The notes under the pieces were generated by a model that ran no database searches, had not been told where the DNA came from, and was given only the letters and a program-made list of their open reading frames with translations. A stretch of 64,000 nt of DNA from a virus (taxonomy: Duplodnaviria; Caudoviricetes), in the IMG/VR virus record IMGVR_UViG_3300045391_000852, positions 6,263 to 70,262 of that record; one strand, written 5' to 3'. The position numbers were made by a program, and so were the translations under genes. Positions 1-9,638 of this stretch are shown piece after piece. The first letter of the stretch is position 1. Each line of letters begins with the position of its first letter.

Positions 1-128
1 CATTGCGGTTGAGAATGATACTCGGAGGAGCCGAACCGGACGGAAAGGATTTGGACATGCCGATGAGACGGCTCGCCACGATAATTAACATAGTCAAAAT
101 AAAGAATTGGTGGTGGTTCAATACTCAT
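1..128 (-). CDS. WYL-like small protein, truncated by window edge
   Basis: Manual translation from ATG at 128: MSIEPPPILYFDYVNYRGEPSHRHVQILSVRFGSSEYHSQPQ; YxNYRGE...R motif; ATGA overlap with upstream stop. Confidence 0.5.
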   Translation of the reverse strand, partial: MSIEPPPILYFDYVNYRGEPSHRHVQILSVRFGSSEYHSQPQ

Positions 129-292
129 CTCTCTGGCCTCGGTTTCTTGTCATGTGCGACGATGTTGAAATGGCAATAGTAACATTTCCCATCGCCTCTC
201 GCAATCTCCTCCTTGAAAAGGAGATTGCCGCATTTGCATCGCGCTTGACCGTCATTCGGTATCGAGCGCGGTTTGTCTCGCCAAGCTGTCAC
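125..292 (-). CDS. small zinc-finger protein (55 aa)
   Basis: Manual translation from GTG at 292: CKCG...CYYCH; overlaps stop of 289-603. Confidence 0.5.
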   Translation of the reverse strand: MTAWRDKPRSIPNDGQARCKCGNLLFKEEIARGDGKCYYCHFNIVAHDKKPRPER

Positions 293-603
293 CGGAAGGA
301 AATTCTGCGTCCGTATTTCTGGAAAGCTTCCTCTTCGCGCATTGCGACCTCTTGATTGGCAGCACGGCGCATATACTCAACATACTCATCATGAGTGATG
401 ACACCTTTGTCCATAAGCAATGCCGCAAGACCAAGCATGTCAGCCTTCGACATGTCAATGCCAGTGCGCATGTGCTTCGGCTCAACAGCTGCGCACCGTT
501 CGAAACCATTCATGTCGGTAAGGATTGCACATTGAACGCCATGTGCAGCTTCTTCATAAGACAATCCAAGGTCTTTCATTGTGTCAAGAACTTTTGGCAT
601 CAC
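289..603 (-). CDS. hypothetical protein
   Basis: 104 aa ORF with 4-nt overlaps to neighbours. Confidence 0.7.
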   Translation of the reverse strand: MMPKVLDTMKDLGLSYEEAAHGVQCAILTDMNGFERCAAVEPKHMRTGIDMSKADMLGLAALLMDKGVITHDEYVEYMRRAANQEVAMREEEAFQKYGRRISFR

Positions 604-965
604 TTCATCTCCAATTCATTCTTCAATACAGCAATATCAGCAATCGCCCGGAAAACATCGGGGTCAAGTTGTGCGACCCTGACAAGCTCTTCAAACGTGA
701 GGTGTTTATGATCAACTAGTTCAGATTTCAGGTAGCGATTTGCCCAAGTCCCAGTCGCAATGTCGAGAATTGCGCGCTTCTCATCTGCGTGGACGCGATA
801 ATCATTATATCCGGCATAAGCAACGACCGGACGCGAATTGATTAGATCGCCACCGATGCGAATTAGTAGAGGGGAAATTCCTTCTCCATGCTGATCGATG
901 AAGTTGCGAATAGATTTGAGCTTCGTTTTAATTTCCAGTACCATTTTCGATCCTTTCAAAAGCAA
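600..965 (-). CDS. hypothetical protein
   Basis: ORF in tightly packed minus-strand run; start uncertain (944 alternative). Confidence 0.6.
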   Translation of the reverse strand: MLLKGSKMVLEIKTKLKSIRNFIDQHGEGISPLLIRIGGDLINSRPVVAYAGYNDYRVHADEKRAILDIATGTWANRYLKSELVDHKHLTFEELVRVAQLDPDVFRAIADIAVLKNELEMK

Positions 966-1119
966 CTACATGATAGCCTTCCGGCGCGTGATGAGAGATT
1001 TTATCAAATGTATCCCTACATGACAGAGAACGCATGGGTGCTTCGCCCTCAATGGTGATCCATCTTCCATCAGCATTCGGCGCGGCGTTCGGAACAATCT
1101 TGATTTTGAATGACATCAC
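928..1119 (-). CDS. hypothetical protein
   Basis: 63 aa ORF coupled to neighbours. Confidence 0.6.
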   Translation of the reverse strand: MMSFKIKIVPNAAPNADGRWITIEGEAPMRSLSCRDTFDKISHHAPEGYHVVAFERIENGTGN

Positions 1120-1583
1120 TTGCTTCCTTGTGTTGCAAAGTCCGTCCGTCCCGGAGGCTCACGGTCACGCACAGCGACGCATGGGAAATAGGTCGCAATT
1201 GGAATGGTCAGAAGATTGCAGGCATGAAGACGAAAAGAATAGTCACCTTGAATGAGATAGATGATCTCAAGTGAAAGAGTGAGCGAAATTGAAAACACCT
1301 TCCAACCGAAACCAAACATAACAGGATCGCAACGAAAACGAAGCGTAAGAGCATTCAGCTTCTTGAGAGAAGAGGCTTGAGCGCGATAAAAGAGATACGC
1401 AAACATCCCATTGATCAAAGTTCCGGCAGCAATGTAAACAACACTTGTGTTGAATAGGAATTGCTGGATCATCGCGCATGCGAACATAACTGACCCGAGA
1501 TAGACCCCGAACCAGTCCCAGAAGAAATGATAAAAGGCACTCACGCCGGAGGCGAACGCGTGATCAATATCAGGCAGCTTCAT
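1116..1583 (-). CDS. membrane protein
   Basis: Several hydrophobic segments; start at MKLPDIDH. Confidence 0.6.
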   Translation of the reverse strand: MKLPDIDHAFASGVSAFYHFFWDWFGVYLGSVMFACAMIQQFLFNTSVVYIAAGTLINGMFAYLFYRAQASSLKKLNALTLRFRCDPVMFGFGWKVFSISLTLSLEIIYLIQGDYSFRLHACNLLTIPIATYFPCVAVRDREPPGRTDFATQGSK

Positions 1584-1845
1584 CTGCTTTGACCTTTGCC
1601 ATAATTGTCTCGCGCTGGCGCAGCATTGCCTCAGCATACTCGTAATTCATGAAGGCCCAAGTGGAGAGGAAGGCAACGCGAGCGCTGTCAGTCCGAAGGT
1701 CAGAGCGTCCATGGATTTGAACAACATCGATGGCTTGAATAGGAGAGTGCATCGCGAATTGATCAAGAAGGTCTTGACGGCGCTTATCCTCAATATTCTT
1801 TTGCATCGCTTTGAGAGTGTCTTGTGGGGAAGGAATTTCATTCAT
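1570..1845 (-). CDS. hypothetical protein
   Basis: 91 aa ORF, overlapping neighbours. Confidence 0.6.
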   Translation of the reverse strand: MNEIPSPQDTLKAMQKNIEDKRRQDLLDQFAMHSPIQAIDVVQIHGRSDLRTDSARVAFLSTWAFMNYEYAEAMLRQRETIMAKVKADEAA

Positions 1846-2255
1846 CGGAAGACCTCAACCTTGACTGACGTTGCGCGCCATCCATTGCGATTGTTGGTGC
1901 CATCTTCTTCGTTCTTTTCCTGAACATCAGTGAGAAGCGCCTCATCGAGGTCCGCATAGACAATTGGCCCTTCATAATGATGCACATCAAATCCCTTTTC
2001 AGGATGCCAAGCTGAGTAACCCGAACAGCCTGTCTCGGCTCCAGCGAAGCGCTTCTCAAAGTCCATCCGGAGCGCTCGCGCAAGCGCCAATTCGCATGAG
2101 ATGCCGAGATTGCCAAGCGTGTTCTTGCTCTTCCGGAGCGAGAGGCCGAAGGCTTCCAGAAGTGGCTTGAGGCGATTTGCCATCTCGATGTCTTCGCCAG
2201 TGACGGCCTTCATCTTTTCCGAAGGCCGCGCGACCTCGATGAGTTTTTCATTCAT
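1842..2255 (-). CDS. hypothetical protein
   Basis: Start at MNEKLIEV, 8-nt overlap with upstream ORF. Confidence 0.55.
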   Translation of the reverse strand: MNEKLIEVARPSEKMKAVTGEDIEMANRLKPLLEAFGLSLRKSKNTLGNLGISCELALARALRMDFEKRFAGAETGCSGYSAWHPEKGFDVHHYEGPIVYADLDEALLTDVQEKNEEDGTNNRNGWRATSVKVEVFR

Positions 2256-2529
2256 AGTGATAGGCTCCTGTCGTCTCAATGCAATGCTTGTTGAACGACT
2301 TAATCCCGAGTGGCGTGATACGATAGTACGGCAGGCGGCGGACAGACAGCAATGGCGACTTGTCGCGGAACGTCTCAACATATCCCTTCCAACGCAGCCA
2401 TCGCATTGACCATCGGAAAGCGAAGCCTGAAAGGTTAATGACTTTTGATTCACAACGAAGTCCATCGAGGCGCTGCCAGCGCTGATGATCATAAAGGACT
2501 TGGAGGATGAGCGCAGGATATTTCTTCAT
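2248..2529 (-). CDS. hypothetical protein, possible winged helix
   Basis: 93 aa; YYRITPLG wing-like motif. Confidence 0.55.
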   Translation of the reverse strand: MKKYPALILQVLYDHQRWQRLDGLRCESKVINLSGFAFRWSMRWLRWKGYVETFRDKSPLLSVRRLPYYRITPLGIKSFNKHCIETTGAYHYE

Positions 2530-2930
2530 TTGCGATACTTCCCGAGCGCGTCGTGCAGCGCTGAGATGTGCTTGCCGATGAAGAATTCCGAACCGTCCAG
2601 CGCTCCTTCATCAACAAACCGGATTGCAGCGCCGAGCGTCGGAGAATGATAGGCGAGCGGCGAGCCTTCAAACTTCAAACCATTCGCGATAGCGCCATAC
2701 ATCCCGCGAATGCAGCGATAGGCTCGCTCCAGTTCGGTTTTGTAGTCCGGCTCCGATGGGAAGCTGTTGAGGTGATCGAGGCAAAAGCCGATTGCCTCTG
2801 CGCGATACTCGTAATACTTGAGACGCTCATCGCGCGTCTTCACACCGAAGAGATTATCATCGCAAAGCATCTCTTCGGTGGGCCGAAGGCAGCGCTCATA
2901 TTCTGCTTTCAATTTTTCCAGATTGCTCAT
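2526..2930 (-). CDS. hypothetical protein
   Basis: 134 aa ORF with 4-nt overlaps. Confidence 0.65.
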   Translation of the reverse strand: MSNLEKLKAEYERCLRPTEEMLCDDNLFGVKTRDERLKYYEYRAEAIGFCLDHLNSFPSEPDYKTELERAYRCIRGMYGAIANGLKFEGSPLAYHSPTLGAAIRFVDEGALDGSEFFIGKHISALHDALGKYRK

Positions 2931-3556
2931 TTCTTTGCCCTCGTTTTCAGTGGCTTCTTTTCCTTCGGCTTCTTCATCTTCGCGGCACGACCGGCGTACA
3001 GTCCGAGCTTTTCCATGTCCACATCCTCGCCATTCTTCATCCGTTCATTGACGAAGGAGAGAAGAGTTTGGTGATGAACGCCAACATTGCTCTCGAAAGA
3101 AATGCCGAACTCCTCAAGCTTGGCTTTGATTTCCCCAGCCGCATTGTCTTGGCCCTTGTCGAAATAGGCTTCAACAGTGTTGCGAATGAGGTTCTCACCG
3201 CCAATGGTCCGGACATAATCCAACGCAGCCTCGCGAGCTTCCGCATCCTTCGGAAGAGTGCCGCCGACAAACGGCTTAATCTCGACACCCCATCCAGCCA
3301 TATCGCCTTCATCAATGGTGAAGGTTGTTGTGCCAAGCGAGGCGAGCGCGTCTGGTAGTTGTTTCGAATTGATTTCATGAAGCTGTGCTTTGAGCTTCGT
3401 GAGAAGCTCCATGCCATTATCAATGCGCTGTTCCAAAATGATTGCTTCTCGCACCATGGCCTCAACAGCCTCGCGCGCAATCGCTGGGGGTGTGGTATCA
3501 CCTAATGCCGCCAGAGTTGCGTCATCAATCTGATTTGAGTTTGGTTTATCGTTCAT
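2927..3556 (-). CDS. conserved phage replication-module protein
   Basis: N-terminal coiled coil, VHHQTLLSFVNER motif; AAGGA RBS 8 nt upstream of ATG 3556; next to SSB-like gene. Confidence 0.7.
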   Translation of the reverse strand: MNDKPNSNQIDDATLAALGDTTPPAIAREAVEAMVREAIILEQRIDNGMELLTKLKAQLHEINSKQLPDALASLGTTTFTIDEGDMAGWGVEIKPFVGGTLPKDAEAREAALDYVRTIGGENLIRNTVEAYFDKGQDNAAGEIKAKLEEFGISFESNVGVHHQTLLSFVNERMKNGEDVDMEKLGLYAGRAAKMKKPKEKKPLKTRAKK

Positions 3557-3713
3557 GTACATGTTCCTTGAAAGACATAGCGATAGAGCGCGATCAGCGA
3601 GGCTATTCCGATGCTGAGGACAACAGATGTGCAAGCGAAGAAGAGAGCGCCGCAAAACACCTTGAGTGCCAGTTCGCCTTTGTCGCCTGAGACATTGTTC
3701 CCCCTCGATGACG

Positions 3714-3767
3714 AAAAAGAGGCACCGCCGCGTTTGCCTGATTGGGGTTAAAACGGCAGTGCCTCTT
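3714..3767. terminator. long hairpin, terminator or RNase III site
   Basis: AAGAGGCAC-CGCCG...CGGCA-GTGCCTCTT inverted repeat with U-tract on the minus strand. Confidence 0.5.
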
Positions 3768-3840
3768 CTCTTCGCTCTCCCAAACCTGAGTTGGATGACC
3801 TCTTCCGGAAGACAATCAACCATTGGGAAAAGCGAAAGCC

Positions 3841-4722
3841 TTACATCCGCTGCGTATCGTCACCGGAGCCGTTCGCATGATCGGCCATGTCATCCTCCTG
3901 ATAAGAGGAGAAATCGCCCTGCACAAAGCCCTGACGGACCTGCACATAGAAATCCTTCGCGCCTTCCAACAGACGCTTCGAAGGATCGATTTCCAGAATG
4001 GTCGGTCCAGCTTCCATCTTCCAGCCGAACCAGTCACCCTGCGCATTGGTCTCATGGGTGGTGGAGATGTTCCAACCGCGCCAATAAACCGGAGCTTGGA
4101 TTTCACGATCACCGATCACGAGCTTTTCGTTGGTGATCTTCGTCATCCAGTTGCGGGATGCCTTGAATGCTGTCGAGGAAAGTGGAATGAAGGAGCGGCG
4201 ACCACCTGCGGTGAGATTGAGGCCGAACCACGTTGCGGTCGGAACGATGTAGTTGCCATTCGGCAAAATGTCCCGGCCCTTGTCATCTTTCTGCAACTGC
4301 TTCTTGATATCGTCCGGGACTTTCAGTCCATGGTTCGCGACAAGTCCCTTTCCGCTCGCGCGTGGCGCCCATTCGAGATGGACGACAGCGAAATAAACTG
4401 GAAGGAAAGTGAAGGTGCCACGGAAAGTATCACTCAGCGCAACGTCACAGAAGTCGCCAGCTTCTGCGCCAGCAATGTATTCAGGCTTCTGTTTGTTCAG
4501 CTGAGGCGAAAGAGCTTGGAGGATCGTAATGCGTGGAATGAGAACGTCATTCGCAGTGACGTTTTCGAGGCCAGTTGGAGCACCATCGAACAGCGCTGCA
4601 TCGTCTGCGCTGAGTGATGTTCCGGTTGTTGTGGTTGGGAGAGATGCGTTCTTGACGGCTGGGAGAACTTCACCGGAAGCTGGCGCTTCCTTCGTAGCTG
4701 TTGCTACATCAGTCTTAGCCAT
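3841..4722 (-). CDS. putative single-stranded DNA-binding protein
   Basis: IPRITILQALSPQ motif typical of phage SSB-like proteins; acidic C-terminal tail. Confidence 0.6.
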   Translation of the reverse strand: MAKTDVATATKEAPASGEVLPAVKNASLPTTTTGTSLSADDAALFDGAPTGLENVTANDVLIPRITILQALSPQLNKQKPEYIAGAEAGDFCDVALSDTFRGTFTFLPVYFAVVHLEWAPRASGKGLVANHGLKVPDDIKKQLQKDDKGRDILPNGNYIVPTATWFGLNLTAGGRRSFIPLSSTAFKASRNWMTKITNEKLVIGDREIQAPVYWRGWNISTTHETNAQGDWFGWKMEAGPTILEIDPSKRLLEGAKDFYVQVRQGFVQGDFSSYQEDDMADHANGSGDDTQRM

Positions 4723-4810
4723 TTGGATTGCCTTTCGTCGGTTAGCCAGAGCTTTCATCTGGGCGCTGCGGGCGGTTCCGCATGCCGGCCATCTTCGGTG
4801 GTTCGCGGAC

Positions 4811-4836
4811 GAAAGAAAAGAAAAAAGATCGGTCAA
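4811..4836 (-). promoter_or_regulatory. repeated promoter-like motif TTGAC-N11-CTTTTCTTTC
   Basis: TTGACC GATCTTTTTT CTTTTCTTTC; recurs at 44059 and 54941, each upstream of a minus-strand operon. Confidence 0.6.
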
Positions 4837-4993
4837 CCCCTGAACTTTTTTCGATCATGCGAGAAGATTTTTCTTTTTCGACGCGGCGAAAAGAGCGAGT
4901 TTCAATCTTTCCTATCCTTCTCTCGCTTCGGGGCCAGTGGGGCAATGCCATCACAAGATGACGCATCATCGCATTTTCGCGGGAGCAAAACGC

Positions 4994-5200
4994 ATGCCTA
5001 GAAATCCAATGTCAAGTCACCCAAATGGAGAAACTGTGTCATCCAAAGAGATGAGGCAGAGCGATCTGCTTTTCTGTTCAGTGCTGGGGTGCATTCTCGG
5101 TGGCGTCATCTTCGCAATCCTCGCATATTATGTCGGCACGCTCGATGGAATGAACTGGATGAATCACAATTTCAATTGCTCGATAATCAGGGGAAAATAA
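4994..5200 (+). CDS. small membrane protein
   Basis: One TM helix; GGAG RBS. Confidence 0.55.
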   Translation: MPRNPMSSHPNGETVSSKEMRQSDLLFCSVLGCILGGVIFAILAYYVGTLDGMNWMNHNFNCSIIRGK

Positions 5201-5520
5201 TGACACCGCTCGAATTCGAAGCAGCAGTGAAAGCTGCCATCGCGAAGAAGCCACCGGGGATGGGTGGCCTTGCTGTTCGCGAAATGGTGCAGGCCGCGCT
5301 CTTCGCGGCAGAAGAGGTCCGGGAAAAGATTGATGTCAATGTTAAGATTGATGCAAGGAGCGTTAAGAATTTTGACGTCATCAACGATCCAAAAACGCCG
5401 GTGATGAAAGAACCAGCGTTGAAGGAAGATGTGCCATTGGTCAATGGAAGACCGGCACGAGTTGGAATGTTCTGCTCTATCGATCCTGTCACTGGGCTCC
5501 CATATCCGGTGATCAAATGA
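5200..5520 (+). CDS. hypothetical protein
   Basis: TAATG overlap upstream, ATGA overlap with primase. Confidence 0.65.
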   Translation: MTPLEFEAAVKAAIAKKPPGMGGLAVREMVQAALFAAEEVREKIDVNVKIDARSVKNFDVINDPKTPVMKEPALKEDVPLVNGRPARVGMFCSIDPVTGLPYPVIK

Positions 5521-7808
5521 GCGACAACGTGAAGCATCCGGAGGCATATCTTCGGTATCTGAACCGCATCGGTGCAACGGTGCTGAATTTCCGCAAGGCG
5601 ATGGTGAAGGAAACGCGCGGACCATACTACATTGAAAAGTCCATTGTGACGATCCACAAGGATGGCTCGATTAAGTGCACGAAGCCGGAGCACGCGCCGA
5701 CGAAAGAAGAGGCAGAGGAAATCGCCGCCGCGCTCGCTGAAATCTCTTTCCCTGTCTCGATCAACGCCACTGAGGCGAACGCCAAGGACTTGATCGCCCA
5801 ATTGATTAAAGATGGGCGCGGAAAGCCAGAAGACTTTTTCTTGTTGCGAACAAGGAAGGACGGCAACAAGATCAAAATGATCCAGCAGCGAGTGGACAAC
5901 AATGGGGCGAAATATTTTCAGCCCCATTCGCTTTGGTCAGATGGAAAATGGCGAGCACTGGAATGTGATGACAAGCTCCCATTTTGGAAGCCACGCGAAA
6001 AGCGCTCCGGCGTCGTGCGGATCATGGTCCATGAAGGCGCGAAGGCAGCAGCGCATTGCGATTGGCTCGTCAACGACCGCTCGCCAGAAGCGAAAGAGGC
6101 TCGCGCAAATCATCCTTGGTTCGAAGAGCTTGCGAACTATGAACACTGGGGCCTGATCGGTGGGGCTATGGCTCCGCATCGCGCGGACTATGGCGAGCTT
6201 AAGAAAGAAGGAGCCATTGAGGTTGTTTACGTCTGCGACAACGATTGGCCGGGAAGGACGGTGCTGAAAGAATTCTCGCGGTTCTATGAAGCCTCACTCA
6301 AGGGGATCATGTTCGATGAACGTTTCAAAGAGAGCTTCGACCTCGCGGACGAAATTCCAGAAGCCTTCTTTAAGGAGCTTCCAACCGGGCGGCGTTATCG
6401 CGGACCTCAGCTGCGTGAATTTGTGAAGCCAGCGACCACAGCGACCGAACTAGTGGCCGGAGAGGAAAAGGCCGGCAAGGATGGAAAGAAGAAGGCTGGC
6501 AAACCAATTGTGCAGCTGACGCGCTCGTTTCGTGAGGAATGGTATCACACCGTTTCGCCGGAGGTCTTCATTCATGCCGACGAACCTAACAAGCTCCTCA
6601 ATGCAGCAGAATTCAATTCGCTGGTCCGGCCCTTCTCAGCGGTTGACGATACCGCGCGGCTGGTCCGTGGTGATGCAGCCAATAAGATGTTCAAAATCCA
6701 TTATCTCCCCGGCGCTCCTTCGGGGATGTACGGCAACGCGCTCCATGGACAATTCTTCAATACCTACTTCCCGCCGAAGATAAAGCCATTGAAAGGTGAT
6801 GCATCACCCTTCCTCGATTTCATCGCGAAGCTGATCCCCTCCGAGAAGGACCGAAAAGAAGTTTTGCGTTGGTGCGCTACGCTCATCGCGCGACCTGAGA
6901 TCAAGATGCTTTATGGCCTTCTCATGATCTCAGAGGTTCAAGGCGTCGGGAAGACGACACTTGGGGAAAAGATTTTAGCCCCTCTGGTCGGAATTGAAAA
7001 TGTCTCGGCTCCGAGCGAGAGCGACATTGTCGAGAGCCAATTCAATTCTTGGATCGCTCACCGCCGTCTCGCTGTGGTGAATGAAATCTACGCTGGAGCG
7101 AGCGCAAAAGCCTACAACAAGCTGAAGAGTGTGATCACTGATCGTACAATCACAGTGAACAAGAAACACCAAGCCACTTATGAAATTGAGAACTGGGTGC
7201 ATGTCTTCGCTTGTTCAAATTCCACCCGCGCACTCCGACTCAGTGCTGATGATCGCCGGTGGCTTGTTCCGAAGGTCACTGAGGTGAAACAGGAGCTTGG
7301 TTATTGGGCGAAGCTGAACGACTGGATTGACAATGGTGGCCTTTCAATCATCTTCAATTGGGCGAAAGAGTTTGTGTTAGATAATCACTATGTCATGCCC
7401 GGCGAGACTGCGCCGCGAACGGACGCGAAGGATGAGATGGTGGATGAGGGAAAATCGTCCGGCCAGCTAATTGCCAAGGCGCTATTCCTCGGGATGAAGA
7501 ATATTGCGGCCGCTCGCAATGAGCGATATTTCATCACCGATATGCGCGTGATCGAAGTGATTAAAAACCGGCTCTATGACGGGAGGTCTTCTGACAAGCT
7601 GGAGAAGGCTTCGACCATTCGCGCGGTCGCGAAGGAGGTTGGGTTGCATATCGGAACCGCGAAGACACGGAAATACTCGGCTGGTGGCATGCTTGGCCGG
7701 ATTGTCTCGACCGGGCACGAAGGCTCTCTGTGTAATCCAGGGGAACTCATTGAGAAAGGCTATAAGGAATTTGATATCAATGTCTTAGATGAGATGGACC
7801 CGTTTTGA
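5517..7808 (+). CDS. primase-helicase (Toprim plus DUF5906/SF3-like NTPase)
   Basis: Toprim HEG and VCDND motifs; Walker A QGVGKTT; Walker B AVVNE. Confidence 0.85.
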   Translation: MSDNVKHPEAYLRYLNRIGATVLNFRKAMVKETRGPYYIEKSIVTIHKDGSIKCTKPEHAPTKEEAEEIAAALAEISFPVSINATEANAKDLIAQLIKDGRGKPEDFFLLRTRKDGNKIKMIQQRVDNNGAKYFQPHSLWSDGKWRALECDDKLPFWKPREKRSGVVRIMVHEGAKAAAHCDWLVNDRSPEAKEARANHPWFEELANYEHWGLIGGAMAPHRADYGELKKEGAIEVVYVCDNDWPGRTVLKEFSRFYEASLKGIMFDERFKESFDLADEIPEAFFKELPTGRRYRGPQLREFVKPATTATELVAGEEKAGKDGKKKAGKPIVQLTRSFREEWYHTVSPEVFIHADEPNKLLNAAEFNSLVRPFSAVDDTARLVRGDAANKMFKIHYLPGAPSGMYGNALHGQFFNTYFPPKIKPLKGDASPFLDFIAKLIPSEKDRKEVLRWCATLIARPEIKMLYGLLMISEVQGVGKTTLGEKILAPLVGIENVSAPSESDIVESQFNSWIAHRRLAVVNEIYAGASAKAYNKLKSVITDRTITVNKKHQATYEIENWVHVFACSNSTRALRLSADDRRWLVPKVTEVKQELGYWAKLNDWIDNGGLSIIFNWAKEFVLDNHYVMPGETAPRTDAKDEMVDEGKSSGQLIAKALFLGMKNIAAARNERYFITDMRVIEVIKNRLYDGRSSDKLEKASTIRAVAKEVGLHIGTAKTRKYSAGGMLGRIVSTGHEGSLCNPGELIEKGYKEFDINVLDEMDPF

Positions 7809-7972
7809 AGTGTTGCGTTCCAAGTTCCATTTTTAGGGTGTTTTCCTCTTTCTGCCTGAAAATGAGAAAATAGAAAAACAAAATTCAAAGAAGAAAGGGA
7901 AAACAGGGTCAAAAATGGAACTTGGAACGGAAGGAACTCTCGGGCCGGGAGACAATGGAAGGAGCGAGGTTT

Positions 7973-8398
7973 ATGATGACACCGACTTGGGATGAAAGCT
8001 ATCTCCGGGCGAGGCTCCGGGCGGAATGGAAGAGCGGACCTTTGGTCTGGGTCGAAGCTGCAGACGGCGGGACCGATGGAGCGGCGGATGTGTTTGTGCC
8101 TGTGAAAGGCCAAGGCTTCATTCCTGTTGAATTGAAAAAATGGGAGGTCGATAAGTATGGCAATGTGAAGGTTGAGGCGAGGCCGTCGCAGCGTCGGTTT
8201 CATCGGCTTTGTGAAGCGGCGAATATGCCGAGCTTCGTTTTGGTGTTGTTGTCGAATATGAAGGTGGTTTTGTTTCCGGGAAGAGTGATGACGGAAAGCT
8301 ATGTGCACCTGACTGATGACTACAAGCTGAAGAAGATAATTGGAATGAGAATTGACGATCTGAGCAAGCTAGGAATGCATTTGGCTGGCGGCTTTTGA
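7973..8398 (+). CDS. PD-(D/E)xK nuclease (VRR-NUC/resolvase-like)
   Basis: GAADVFVP...VELK motif, QRRFH helix. Confidence 0.65.
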   Translation: MMTPTWDESYLRARLRAEWKSGPLVWVEAADGGTDGAADVFVPVKGQGFIPVELKKWEVDKYGNVKVEARPSQRRFHRLCEAANMPSFVLVLLSNMKVVLFPGRVMTESYVHLTDDYKLKKIIGMRIDDLSKLGMHLAGGF

Positions 8399-8411
8399 TC
8401 TGGGGGCGAAG

Positions 8412-9005
8412 ATGTCGTTGGAATGGAAGGTTGGCGACAAGGTTGGCTTTGTGGACCTTGCGAAGAGAAGGCCTGTTCCGAAACCGGAGCCGGGAAGTGA
8501 GACTTGGTTTGTTATGGAGGTCTTCGCCGGTCACGAGGAGTATTTTTTTGAGAAACTGAATGAGGTGATTTATTTTCCCCGGAAAGTAATCTGGCGGAAG
8601 GTGAAGCGAGTGAAGAAAGATGGTGTCCGGCTCCGGGAGAAATATGCGATCCCGTTGATTGCTGGGTATGTGTTTTTGAATTCTGATTTGGAGCATCCCG
8701 GCGTCCGGTGGATGTTTGAAGACCGGAGACTGATTGGTGTGTTGAGTTTTGCCGGGATACCGCTTCGCATTCCGTCCGGGGAGGTCGCGCGGCTGAAGTT
8801 GGCGGAAAGTTCGGGTGATTATGATGAAACCCGGAAAATATTTTCCAGCATAATTGGGACAATTGTTGAAGTGCAAAGTGGTCCTTTTGCTGAGAAATAT
8901 GTTCATGTTCATAGTTTTCATGATGGGAAATTCCGTGGAACGCTCCTCGGGAGTGATCTGGATGTTCAAATCCCACTTTCCAACCTTGAGAAAATCGGGC
9001 ATTAA
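8412..9005 (+). CDS. NusG-like transcription antitermination factor
   Basis: NGN motifs WFVMEV..GHE and PLIAGYVF; KOW motif VEVQSGPFA. Confidence 0.8.
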   Translation: MSLEWKVGDKVGFVDLAKRRPVPKPEPGSETWFVMEVFAGHEEYFFEKLNEVIYFPRKVIWRKVKRVKKDGVRLREKYAIPLIAGYVFLNSDLEHPGVRWMFEDRRLIGVLSFAGIPLRIPSGEVARLKLAESSGDYDETRKIFSSIIGTIVEVQSGPFAEKYVHVHSFHDGKFRGTLLGSDLDVQIPLSNLEKIGH

Positions 9006-9134
9006 TCTGAACCCAGGATGACCGGGAAAGTGATCGCGGCTGAAACAGCGCCGCCCTCCGGCCCAGAGAGGGAAAACCCCTCTTCAAAAAGATCATCATT
9101 GCTTTAATTTCAAACAGTTGATGAAAAGATATCA

Positions 9135-9638
9135 ATGGCGGGGACCGGGGGCAAACGCGAAGGCTCTGGCCGTAAGAAGGGCGGCCAAAATAAAAATTTG
9201 CTTGAGCCTTTGACGCGCGTTCGCGCGAAAGAGGTTTGGGACACTGGCAATGCGCCGCTCGACATCATGCTTGGCAACATGATGTTCTGGCACTCTCATT
9301 CGGAGAATTTGAAGGATCGCATTCTCGCCCTCCTTGATGAGGCTCAAAGTGCGAAGGCTGCTGGTGATGCTGAAGGACCAGACCTCGAAAAGCTCCAGCA
9401 GTTGGTCAAGAACCATCTTGAGGCGCGGCTGAACTCGCAAGAGTGTGCGAAGGATGCAGCGCCCTATGTTCATCCACGGTTGTCTTCCATTGCGATCAAG
9501 CCGGCAGGCAACACTGATGATGTGATTGTGATTGAGGCGCAGCTGGCTACGCCGGTCCCGAACCTTGAAGAGGATCGATCATACCGTGAAGGGTATGACA
9601 ATGTGACGCCGCTCCGGCGAGTGATGCCGGGAAAATGA
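9135..9638 (+). CDS. terS: terminase small subunit
   Basis: GGKREGSGRKKG N-terminus, AKDAAPYVHPRL motif, precedes TerL. Confidence 0.75.
   Translation: MAGTGGKREGSGRKKGGQNKNLLEPLTRVRAKEVWDTGNAPLDIMLGNMMFWHSHSENLKDRILALLDEAQSAKAAGDAEGPDLEKLQQLVKNHLEARLNSQECAKDAAPYVHPRLSSIAIKPAGNTDDVIVIEAQLATPVPNLEEDRSYREGYDNVTPLRRVMPGK

Noticed and set aside
4723-4810. Hammerhead-like words (CAGAUGA...GAAA) in the SSB leader
   Set aside because: Core reads CAGAUGA rather than CUGAUGA, and I could not build stems II and III or a cleavage triplet.
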